Positions 29,341-38,296 of a stretch of DNA of 64,000 nt are shown piece after piece. The position numbers and the translations under genes are program-made. Each line of letters opens with the position of its first letter. The stretch's first letter is position 1. The DNA comes from a virus (taxonomy: Duplodnaviria > Caudoviricetes). The DNA is taken from positions 1-64,000 of the IMG/VR virus record IMGVR_UViG_3300013800_000006; one strand, given 5' to 3'. Below the pieces are notes generated by a model. It was not told the DNA's origin. It made no database searches and worked only from the letters and a program-made list of their open reading frames with translations.

Positions 29341-30897
29341 TTAATTTCTTTCAGGAGTATTGTAAATACCAAGGACCAAAATTTTTGCAATATCGTTAGC
29401 TCGATCCGTTAATATTTTGGAATCGGCATTGCTAAATGGCTGGACCAAAGGCATTAGTTTCTCCATAAACCCATAACCACATTGAGCTAAAGCCAACCCA
29501 CGAATATAGTCGGCAACAATCAAATCCCATAATTCTAAATGGTAACTTGTATCATACAGATCACGTTCTTGTACATATAAAAGTAACTTACTAACAATCA
29601 ATCTTTCAATCAATTCTTTTTTTGGTTTGTCTTGATTGCTTTGTTGATTATTAGTTTGATTATTATTTTGATTGGTATTACTAATATCTTGAAGTTGTTG
29701 CTGATAAGCCAATTGTTGATTCTGACGTTCTATTTTAAGCTTATCAAATGTCTTATCAGGAACTAATACGGGGAAGTCCAAAATACGAGCAATCTGTGTT
29801 GGATGATAACCCATATCCAAATATGTTTTTGCCGGGGTGGCAAGAGCTATAGGATCAGGTTTAAGACCAGCAACTTTAGCTGTATCCCATTTAGCATAAA
29901 CACCAGGAAAATCAACATCTAAGATGTTGATTTGAATCAAATCTAATAATGCGGATAATCGAGGTAAAAGAGTTTGTTCCCAAAAAGTTTGCGTTTGTTC
30001 TCGTGCGTTGGCGTAAGAGGCATATTCAAACAAACCCACCATCGAAGGTGGCACACCAAATACAGCTAAAATTTCTTCTCTAGTTAGTTTCTTCCCTTGA
30101 ACAAAATCAATATCTTTAGTCCCAACCGTTAATGGTGTAACCGTAACACCTCCTTGTAAAATTAATGCACCATGACCACCATCAATACCACTATAATAGT
30201 TAATAACTTCTTTACGGATTTCATCTTTTTGATCTTGAGTCAGCTTTCCTTTAGCTTGCAGTAACAACGGAGTTTTCATTCCAGTTTTGAAAAAACTAGA
30301 GTTCCATCCATTAATTTGAAAATCAGACTCTAAACTCGCCCGTGCTGGACGTAATGGAGATAATCCATCTAATGAAGCTCCCGATGTTAAATCGGGTTTA
30401 TATTCTTGGATAAGTAAAACATCTTGTAAACGATAAGTCTTATTAATAGAAGTTTCCACCCAACCCACAACATCACGCTGGGTAGCTAAATCTTTAAATA
30501 CGGGAGTCAGCTCGTCCTTTCCACGTAAATCAATATTAACTGGAAGTTTACCTTTCCTTTCAATAATCCAAAACAACTTACCATCAATACTTAGATGCAA
30601 AAAAGTACGATAAAGCAATTCCCGCAACGAAGGTATTAACGGGTATTTAGGAGGATTAAACAGTTTAAGAACTGGATGATTTTTATCCGTAATAAGTTGT
30701 TTGGGTTCAAATGTAGGTAATTCGTTTGGTTTCCCTTCAAAAAACAATAATGGCGCGCTGGATGCGGTTAAAGCAATTCGATTAATTGCCGCATAGACCC
30801 AATTATTACCACTATAAGCACCTAAAGATGCAACATATCCACTTAATGTGTTAGACCCGCCCGATGCAAGCCAATCCGTAAATGAAAAAACCTTCAT
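29341..30897 (-). CDS. Portal protein (HK97-type)
   Basis: WVYAAINRIA...GLSPL...FFKTG...EEILAVFGVPPSMVG...FWEQTLLP; after terminase. Confidence 0.92.
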   Translation of the reverse strand: MKVFSFTDWLASGGSNTLSGYVASLGAYSGNNWVYAAINRIALTASSAPLLFFEGKPNELPTFEPKQLITDKNHPVLKLFNPPKYPLIPSLRELLYRTFLHLSIDGKLFWIIERKGKLPVNIDLRGKDELTPVFKDLATQRDVVGWVETSINKTYRLQDVLLIQEYKPDLTSGASLDGLSPLRPARASLESDFQINGWNSSFFKTGMKTPLLLQAKGKLTQDQKDEIRKEVINYYSGIDGGHGALILQGGVTVTPLTVGTKDIDFVQGKKLTREEILAVFGVPPSMVGLFEYASYANAREQTQTFWEQTLLPRLSALLDLIQINILDVDFPGVYAKWDTAKVAGLKPDPIALATPAKTYLDMGYHPTQIARILDFPVLVPDKTFDKLKIERQNQQLAYQQQLQDISNTNQNNNQTNNQQSNQDKPKKELIERLIVSKLLLYVQERDLYDTSYHLELWDLIVADYIRGLALAQCGYGFMEKLMPLVQPFSNADSKILTDRANDIAKILVLGIYNTPERN

Positions 30898-30977
30898 TAG
30901 TTATGTACCTTTTTCATACTAGGCTCAGTTTAACAGGATCAACATGATAGCGCAATACTCCACCATAATAAAACATG

Positions 30978-32978
30978 TCATCTGAACGATTTATGATCTA
31001 AAGGAACTCGTATCCCTAATAAAACTTCCCATTCTTCTTGAGTTAAATTTACCGTAAATCCAGCTTCTTGTCTAGCAATAGTAGGCAAAGTATTAATAGC
31101 TTCAACTGATACTAAGCCGCCCGGAGTGCAATACGCTAAAACACACGAATCAAAGTAGTCCGGTGAACGGCCTAAAATTAATTTTAAATCTTCTTTTGAC
31201 CAAATCTGTATTTTTCCAGAAGATTGAGATATTTTATACCGCATAATATTAATATCTTGCTTTAGATACTCCATAATATCCAAATCATTGACGACTACAT
31301 CGGCCAATCCAACAGCTCCAGTTTCCATTAATCGTCTAAAATTCCAACATTGCTCTGCCCGTAAATTCAAATATCGGTCTGGATCAACAACAGCTTTTTC
31401 AGCATTATTAACGGCAATAACCGGTAAATCAATTTCTTCCAATTCCACACACCGGTCATACACACCTGCACCAATACCAATCACGTCAATTTTTATTGCA
31501 GTAACCGGCATACCATAAAATTCTTCAACTTCCCGCACAAATTCCACCAAAGCACCTACCACTTCCATCGTATCATGACCAGTCAACCGATGGATTCGCA
31601 ATGCTTTTGTTCCAGAACGCGCAAAAAATACGGTACTGTCCAACCCAGAACGTGCTACGTCTACACCAATCTCAATTGTACCATCAACTTCACCCGCATT
31701 TTCAAAAGCAGGTTGAACAAATTGATATGGAACAACCGTCATTTGTGAAGATTCAACAAACTCGGCATCAATAAAAATCTTATATAATGGATCATCTTTA
31801 CCCCAAGCTTCTGTTCGTCTTTTTACCCAATCAAACGATACTAAACCAGGATAAATATCACGACCTTCTACTACATTAGGACTTTCCGATGCACGAATCT
31901 TAATAATATTCCATTTACCAAACCTTGTTTTACGACCTGGGATGCAAATATTAGCCATTTCACTATCTGAAATAGCCGTATTTGAAATAACCAACCATTT
32001 ACAATTCGCTGAAGTCATTAAACCTTCAGCCGATTCCCATAAAGCCGTTGGAATACCCGCAGCCTGATCAAAAATAACCATCTGATTAGGTGAGTGATAA
32101 CCCGTAAACTTATCAGTATTATCCTCATCCGTACTAAAACCCACTGCAAAGTGGTCTGTGCTGAGTGTTAAAGATAGCTGTAATGGTTTACCACCTAACG
32201 GAACTTTAGCTTTTTTATGAGCAGTTCTTAACTCAGCCCATAATAAGTCACGCACCTGACGCGAAGTAGGTGCTGTAGAGATTACTTTAGCAGGTCTAAA
32301 ACAATACAAAAACCATAATGCAATACGAGCAGCCAAGAAAGTATTGTGCTCTACAAAAGTTGTAAGATATGTACTATAACCAGGTACACAAACCCCTACT
32401 GTCGGCTGACTACCCCTGTATCGAAGATACTCAACACGCTGCCAGCTATAACCCGGTGGAAGATACTCATTTTGTACAAATAATCCTCCAACTGAAGTTT
32501 TAGCTGCAACCCACATTCCACTTCTTAAATTTTCAACACTTACCCAATCAGCTAATTTTCTAGTTATATCTAATTTAGAACTAGAAACCCACAATGGGTG
32601 ATTACCAGTTCTAATAATACTTAATCCAGCATCAGTCATTACTTCATAAACAGGTTTAAGTCCATTATCTTCAGCAAATGCATTTGAAACATGCACGGTA
32701 TTTGTAACCGAGTCCCATGCTAACACTTCAAATGATTTTCCAATTAATGATTCAATTAGTACAACATTTCCATTAGCGAGTACCATTTGCTCGCCATAAG
32801 CCATACATTTCCCAACGCCATACGAGGCGGGGCACGCTGTCCGCTCATTCTCCACAATTGAATAACAAATATCTTCCTGTTTTGACCAAAGGCGGTCCCC
32901 CAAAACTTCGGAAATCCACCAAACAGGGTCTCTTTGACCACGTAAAATAAGCGATTGTTGCCAAGATTTACTATTCAT
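30978..32978 (-). CDS. terL: Terminase large subunit interrupted by a mini-intein (mature ~511 aa)
   Basis: Walker A SYGVGK|T after intein removal, Walker B-like VIFDQAAGI, nuclease IGVDVARSGLD and SPDYFDS; start 32978 overlaps the small-subunit stop. Confidence 0.92.
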   Translation of the reverse strand: MNSKSWQQSLILRGQRDPVWWISEVLGDRLWSKQEDICYSIVENERTACPASYGVGKCMAYGEQMVLANGNVVLIESLIGKSFEVLAWDSVTNTVHVSNAFAEDNGLKPVYEVMTDAGLSIIRTGNHPLWVSSSKLDITRKLADWVSVENLRSGMWVAAKTSVGGLFVQNEYLPPGYSWQRVEYLRYRGSQPTVGVCVPGYSTYLTTFVEHNTFLAARIALWFLYCFRPAKVISTAPTSRQVRDLLWAELRTAHKKAKVPLGGKPLQLSLTLSTDHFAVGFSTDEDNTDKFTGYHSPNQMVIFDQAAGIPTALWESAEGLMTSANCKWLVISNTAISDSEMANICIPGRKTRFGKWNIIKIRASESPNVVEGRDIYPGLVSFDWVKRRTEAWGKDDPLYKIFIDAEFVESSQMTVVPYQFVQPAFENAGEVDGTIEIGVDVARSGLDSTVFFARSGTKALRIHRLTGHDTMEVVGALVEFVREVEEFYGMPVTAIKIDVIGIGAGVYDRCVELEEIDLPVIAVNNAEKAVVDPDRYLNLRAEQCWNFRRLMETGAVGLADVVVNDLDIMEYLKQDINIMRYKISQSSGKIQIWSKEDLKLILGRSPDYFDSCVLAYCTPGGLVSVEAINTLPTIARQEAGFTVNLTQEEWEVLLGIRVPLDHKSFR
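32343..32807 (-). mobile_element. Mini-intein (155 aa) in the terminase P-loop
   Basis: Begins CMAYGEQMVLANG, block B RTGNHPLW, ends TFVEHN before Thr+1; no LAGLIDADG motif. Confidence 0.9.
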
Positions 32979-33453
32979 GACGATCATCCAAAATAGAATC
33001 ATCGATTTCGGACTGACCTAACAAATCACTCCATGTTTTCGGTGTATTATCCGATGATTCATCTTCAATTTGCGAATTAGCTGTCGTTGTTGCTGCCACA
33101 AGATGTTGATATGCTTGAGCTAAAGCCCGCATATCGGCTGGCGATTTTACTTCAAATGGTAAACCCAAAGACTTATTACTCATATTATCTACTAATCGAG
33201 CAATCTGATTAGTCAATTGATCTCTAATCTTAGAGGTTTTACGCTTATAAAGGCGTAAACGCAAACGTTCTTCATCAGCATCTCGTGCATCAGCTAATTG
33301 TTCCCAACCATTCGCCGCTGCTAATGCATTTAATTCCATAAAGTCAATACCCGTAGTCTGTGACAACTTGTTAAGACTACGGGTAACACCTAAAGAATAA
33401 TATTTTTCAAAAAGCTCTTTGACTTTGGCCGGTCCTAAATGAAAGCTCATCAC
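32971..33453 (-). CDS. Terminase small subunit (putative)
   Basis: Directly upstream of and coupled to terL; N-terminal HTH-like YYSLGVTRSLNKLS...W pattern. Confidence 0.7.
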   Translation of the reverse strand: MMSFHLGPAKVKELFEKYYSLGVTRSLNKLSQTTGIDFMELNALAAANGWEQLADARDADEERLRLRLYKRKTSKIRDQLTNQIARLVDNMSNKSLGLPFEVKSPADMRALAQAYQHLVAATTTANSQIEDESSDNTPKTWSDLLGQSEIDDSILDDRHE

Positions 33454-33459
33454 AGTAAC

Positions 33460-33792
33460 TCAATAGTTGGTAGAATAAAGACTAGAACGCCTACTCATAG
33501 ATGGCCCAACCAAACTCCTTACATTAGGAATAGTTACTAAGCCTCTAGATAACGCTTTGTACAAAGAAGTCAAAGCTTTTACATCTAATTTATGTAAATT
33601 TTGGTCAAATAATTGTTGTAATTGATTACAAACATCAACACCAAGTTGATCTACACATGACAAATACCTAACCAATGTGCCCGATTTAATAAGATTAATA
33701 ACAACGCATTCATCAGGATTAGCTAACAACTTATGAATGTTAGCCACAACAGCTTTACTCAATTTCATAATTAAAATCGTCTCCATCATCAT
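33460..33792 (-). CDS. Hypothetical protein (110 aa)
   Basis: ORF track; operon context. Confidence 0.5.
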   Translation of the reverse strand: MMMETILIMKLSKAVVANIHKLLANPDECVVINLIKSGTLVRYLSCVDQLGVDVCNQLQQLFDQNLHKLDVKALTSLYKALSRGLVTIPNVRSLVGPSMSRRSSLYSTNY

Positions 33793-34186
33793 GTTCTAAT
33801 AAACGACCGGCTACTTGCAAATCTTCTTGATTGCTATGTACAGATTGTCCAGCCGCATCTAACAATCCATCATGTGTAGAAACTAAAGCACGGACATGCC
33901 TTAGCATCGTTCCAAACCCCATAACATTACGAATGGCTGTCTGCTGATTGCGAGTTAAGATTTCCAACAAAGTAACTTGTTGGTTAGTATCCATATTTTG
34001 AATCACATCAGGATTCAAAAGATGATCTTCCAGAATACGCATTGCACCATTAATGCGCTGGAGTCTATCTACTTCTTCATCAGCTTGGCGGAATACAGCT
34101 CGGAAGGTGCGATCATAGCTTTGTACAGCTAAAGTCGCAAAATTAGGCGTTAATGCTTGACGTTTCACCGGTATACCCCATCTCAT
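33755..34186 (-). CDS. Hypothetical protein (143 aa)
   Basis: ORF track; acidic C-terminus; operon context. Confidence 0.55.
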   Translation of the reverse strand: MRWGIPVKRQALTPNFATLAVQSYDRTFRAVFRQADEEVDRLQRINGAMRILEDHLLNPDVIQNMDTNQQVTLLEILTRNQQTAIRNVMGFGTMLRHVRALVSTHDGLLDAAGQSVHSNQEDLQVAGRLLEHDDGDDFNYEIE

Positions 34187-34237
34187 CTTTAGACATGGAG
34201 TATACCGGATATGGATTTAAAAAATCAATACTTCATC

Positions 34238-37200
34238 CTAACGAATAGGGCACATACCACCGGCACACTCAGCCGATTCAACATCAAAATCATCTAAAAC
34301 TTTTTCCATATCAATAGGTTGAAGTGTGTTTGCATACGCTTCAAATACTTCTTGAGTTACAACTTCTTGCGGTAAATAAGGATACCCCAAATCTTCCGCA
34401 GTTTTAGTAGGGTCATTTCGTAACATAAATGTTGCCGAAACATAACAATCCCAGTTTTTGTGTATCCAATCTACAATTGAACCAATCTCTCCAGGGCTGT
34501 ATGACACAGTGCTTGAAACATTATGATCTATATAATGTTCCATGACCATTTTGTATCGTTCCAATTGTGCAACTGCCGATTCCAAATTAAGAAACCGACT
34601 ACCAACTTCTGAAAATTCCACATTCGCAAACTGAACAGGGAATGTAACCAAGATACCGGTAGCATCATACGGATTAATGAAAGTCCGATAACCAGCATCT
34701 TGCAACAGTTTAACCACCGGGTCATGAATAGAATAATTAATATTATTCAAAATATAACGACCCAGTGGCTTATGTATACCTTCTGTACAATCCGCCAACT
34801 TAGACAAAGTACCAGAAGGTTTTGTAGTTGTTACCGCAGCCGGGTGTTCCATATCCAATCCATCGGCCATACTATTGGCACCATTCCTAGCACATTGATG
34901 TAAAACATCAAATGCAGCAGGCTCATTGGCAAACTCCCATTGTACAATCCCTGTCAAACCTACTCCACATAAATGTAAATACTCATTCAATTCATGCCAT
35001 GTTCTTTGTAAAAGACCATCATCCAAATTGACACAAGACTGACGATAATTTGCACGCGCAATAAGGTATACTGCCCGTTTTAATCCTTCCATATTTCCAT
35101 TAAATCTCGGTAACACAACCTCACACAAATTGCACTGATAAGTCAGCATATTATTAAATACTGCTTTATGCTGAATAGGCTCTTCAAAACAATAAGAAGT
35201 ATATTCACCTTCCAATGGATAAATACGTTTAATGTTTTGATATTTTCCTTTACCAATAGGTGCATGACCCAACTTGGTATTCAATCGTTGGCAAGGTAAT
35301 TCCGATACATCAGTAATAGAAACGTACCAAGATGCTTTAGTACGCTTAAAATTAGATGATTGTCCAACATCCGCCATCAAACATACCGAAGATCGTATGC
35401 CATTTTTAGATAACAGTAATTGCAGCTTACGGATAAAAACTTCATCCGATTGGTAAATACGAATCCCACCAGATTCCGTATTAGAACCGTCACTATCAGC
35501 TAAACCGGCTATAAATGCCAGGCAAGAAGTACGGTCCCATAAAAACACTTCATCAATTGTGGGTAATTTTGTATCTTTTAGCACTACTTTTCGTTGGGGA
35601 ACATCAGGGTTTTGTCTGTATTGACCTTGATATTGAACTCCCCGTAAAGACAGTCCAACTTTTCGTCCATACAATAAGATCACCACATCATCCTTTTCTT
35701 CATAACCGTCACCATAACCAAACCCTAACTCATAAGCCAATTCGACATAAACTCCAGAGTCATTCACCATTTTAAAAGGTTCTGAATGAACCGCATACTT
35801 ACCAGGATGCTCCATAACAGTCTTAGCCATTACTTCATGATAATGGTCACTAAATCGTGTTGTAACAGATAATCGATGGTAAGGAGTGCAATCTAAATAA
35901 CTACCATCAGATAATTCTATTCTCAACATTTGCTGATGGTAGCCTGTAATTTGTGGAACAACAACGGCCCACTGCTGCCCATTCCAAACTTCTACTTCCT
36001 CACCAACAACATCCGAAATCTTAACCAATGCTTCACGAGTAATAAGCCATGTATCACCATGTACACAGAAACCTTTATCACCCAACAAGATTTCACCACA
36101 ATTTCCAGACACAACCGAACCTAATAAAAATGATTGCGTAGTCGGTACACCAGCACAAAACACTGGTTCTATACGATCAGTCAGTTCAACCCGAACAACT
36201 CGTAACACTTCCATTTTGTTATACGGTTGTCTTTTCAATAACTGTGGTTCAAGATACTGCAACAATTTATTGGGGTTGGATATAGTAAATCGATACACAT
36301 CTTTAGTAGGATATGCTTTATACCCACCCTTACCATCCGGCATTTCCTTTTCTCCTGCTGGATGGGTCAAACTGATTTTCCCACGAACACCAATAAGCCT
36401 GCATAACTGAGCAAACTCATTCAAAAATGTCCGATGAATAGATGTAAACTGAATGAGATAACCACGTTCAGCATCTCCACTAAAATGACCATCAGATTCA
36501 AGATAGCCACGAATAAATGCTAAAATGGTTGGCAAAGTACCACCTAATACGTAATCAGGCACTTTGGACTTATCGGGAACAGCATGACCTAAAATTCTAC
36601 CAACTACCAGATTTTCTGACCGTTGGGAAAACTTTAAACCAACTCTTGTAAGTTCTTCAATACATTCCCGTTTCTTAGTATTCAAATTAATTCCAATTTT
36701 GGAATTCTCTTTTGAATTATACCAAGTACCATCTGCAATCAACCATGCATCCAGATAAGCATTATCTGGATCATGAACACTACCAAAACACCCTTCAATG
36801 AAAGATGGAGCTAATTGATCATCAAGTTGCAATTCACCAACTGTAATAAACGATCCATCAATCTTTACAAATCGATGGTACTTAGTTGCATACTCAACCA
36901 TACCATTACTAAACTCCACTTCATATAATGCCTCAGCATCTCCAGTTTTTTCAAACTTGGCTAAAACAACATCACCAGAACCATCTATCACGTCTGCCCA
37001 TGTACCACTCAATGAGCCGATTCGTACAAGACCTTTATCTGGAATACACACCAATGAATCTTTCGCTAAACATGGGTTCATACCATAGAAGTATGGCGCT
37101 CTACGCAATGCAGCATCACCGTTCACAATTCCGGGTTCACTGCCCCCACCATCTAACATCAAATCGAACACTTCAAATAATTGACTTTTTGAAGGTTTAT

Positions 37201-37867
37201 CATAAAACACCAAAGAATTATTAGATTGACCTCGTTGTGGGTTTAATTGTTGATGATCACGTTTAGCTAATGCAAATTCCCGCCAGTACTTATTAGAATT
37301 AGGCATTAGTGCCAATTCAGCAGATCGACGAGATGATAAAATAGTCCCCATCCAATTGACAATATCTAAAATGTCCAATTCAGATAACAAACGACCTGCT
37401 GCTCTGTTCATGATAGTGCAAATCCCTTGCAAAGCAATATATAATTGATGATCTCCGCTACTAATCCAACCATAACCTCGTAATCGCTCACCGGCTGGAC
37501 GTATTTGAGATAAATCAATAATTAGCTTTTCAGCAGGATGCTTACCCGAAATAAGCTTACCCACTGCTTTCGCCCAAGCTTCAGCACTATCGCCTACTTG
37601 CAAAATCCAAGTTTTACTCGCTGACAACCATGTTTCCGTATTACGTTCTGCACCACCTTTCTGTGTTCTAGTAGAACGTATAATTTCTATATGAGGGATA
37701 TGTCGCATAAAGCCATTCAATATCCCTATAATAGGTCGAAATCCAACTCCACAGTTATGAACAACGACTTTAGATTCACCAACAGTATAAGTATGAGTCT
37801 TTTCTACAGACAAATCATATAAAGACTCAGAACTTTGTGGTAAACGCTCAACACTTTTTACTTTCAC
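34238..37867 (-). CDS. nrdJ: Class II (B12-dependent) ribonucleotide reductase, C-terminal gene: IntC + extein + two cis inteins
   Basis: After removing inteins: CGVGF...RRSAELAL...GSEPG...GMNP|CGEILLGDKGF|CNLCEV...KPSGTLS...ECAGGMCPIR; GTG start with GAGGA upstream. Confidence 0.93.
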   Translation of the reverse strand: MKVKSVERLPQSSESLYDLSVEKTHTYTVGESKVVVHNCGVGFRPIIGILNGFMRHIPHIEIIRSTRTQKGGAERNTETWLSASKTWILQVGDSAEAWAKAVGKLISGKHPAEKLIIDLSQIRPAGERLRGYGWISSGDHQLYIALQGICTIMNRAAGRLLSELDILDIVNWMGTILSSRRSAELALMPNSNKYWREFALAKRDHQQLNPQRGQSNNSLVFYDKPSKSQLFEVFDLMLDGGGSEPGIVNGDAALRRAPYFYGMNPCLAKDSLVCIPDKGLVRIGSLSGTWADVIDGSGDVVLAKFEKTGDAEALYEVEFSNGMVEYATKYHRFVKIDGSFITVGELQLDDQLAPSFIEGCFGSVHDPDNAYLDAWLIADGTWYNSKENSKIGINLNTKKRECIEELTRVGLKFSQRSENLVVGRILGHAVPDKSKVPDYVLGGTLPTILAFIRGYLESDGHFSGDAERGYLIQFTSIHRTFLNEFAQLCRLIGVRGKISLTHPAGEKEMPDGKGGYKAYPTKDVYRFTISNPNKLLQYLEPQLLKRQPYNKMEVLRVVRVELTDRIEPVFCAGVPTTQSFLLGSVVSGNCGEILLGDKGFCVHGDTWLITREALVKISDVVGEEVEVWNGQQWAVVVPQITGYHQQMLRIELSDGSYLDCTPYHRLSVTTRFSDHYHEVMAKTVMEHPGKYAVHSEPFKMVNDSGVYVELAYELGFGYGDGYEEKDDVVILLYGRKVGLSLRGVQYQGQYRQNPDVPQRKVVLKDTKLPTIDEVFLWDRTSCLAFIAGLADSDGSNTESGGIRIYQSDEVFIRKLQLLLSKNGIRSSVCLMADVGQSSNFKRTKASWYVSITDVSELPCQRLNTKLGHAPIGKGKYQNIKRIYPLEGEYTSYCFEEPIQHKAVFNNMLTYQCNLCEVVLPRFNGNMEGLKRAVYLIARANYRQSCVNLDDGLLQRTWHELNEYLHLCGVGLTGIVQWEFANEPAAFDVLHQCARNGANSMADGLDMEHPAAVTTTKPSGTLSKLADCTEGIHKPLGRYILNNINYSIHDPVVKLLQDAGYRTFINPYDATGILVTFPVQFANVEFSEVGSRFLNLESAVAQLERYKMVMEHYIDHNVSSTVSYSPGEIGSIVDWIHKNWDCYVSATFMLRNDPTKTAEDLGYPYLPQEVVTQEVFEAYANTLQPIDMEKVLDDFDVESAECAGGMCPIR
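35135..36067 (-). mobile_element. Intein with LAGLIDADG endonuclease, Gln-terminated (311 aa)
   Basis: Starts CVHGDTWLIT, block B CTPYHRL, motifs ELGFGYGDG and FIAGLADSDGS, ends NNMLTYQ before Cys+1. Confidence 0.88.
36101..37072 (-). mobile_element. Intein with LAGLIDADG endonuclease at the NP|C active-site position (324 aa)
   Basis: Starts CLAKDSLVCIP, block B ATKYHRF, motifs LDAWLIADG and FIRGYLESDGH, ends SVVSGN before Cys+1. Confidence 0.9.
37754..37867 (-). mobile_element. C-terminal half (IntC, 38 aa) of a naturally split intein
   Basis: MKVKSVERL...LYDLSVEKTHTYTVG...VVHN then Cys+1 of RNR. Confidence 0.88.
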
Positions 37868-38296
37868 GATAAATCCTCACAGCTAGTTCTCTAAAAGAAT
37901 CTTGGGTAATATCACATTCCCAAACTCGATAACCTAATGAGACTAAACGTTTTAATCGTCCATCATCTTCTCGCCACTTGGATTTGGCTAACCACCTTGT
38001 TACTGGATATTTATATGATTCTTCATAAAATTTTGGATTCATGTGCCAAAAATCACCAAAAATCTCAATAACAACATTTAACTCTTTAATAAAACCATCT
38101 ACTATAAAACTATGTAACATAGTTTTTTTACGTTTTTCTTTTGTTTCAGAACGTAAAGCAGATAACCTACATGCTTGTTTATGGACATCAGTTTTGGCTT
38201 CCGCATGGCATCTTTATGAGCTTGCGATTGAAAAGTAAGAAAAAATCGCAAGCTCATCAATAGCTTATGTTCCGCAGTGCGAACATAACTACCCAT
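37848..38296 (-). pseudogene. Degenerate free-standing homing endonuclease (NUMOD3-like repeats + Vsr/DUF559-like nuclease)
   Basis: Two frames: MGSYVRTAEHK...HKDAMRKPK and ...ETKEKRKKTML...VDGF...VIEIFGDFWHMNP...DDGR...LGYRVWECD; frame break at the A4 run 38192..38195. Confidence 0.75.
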
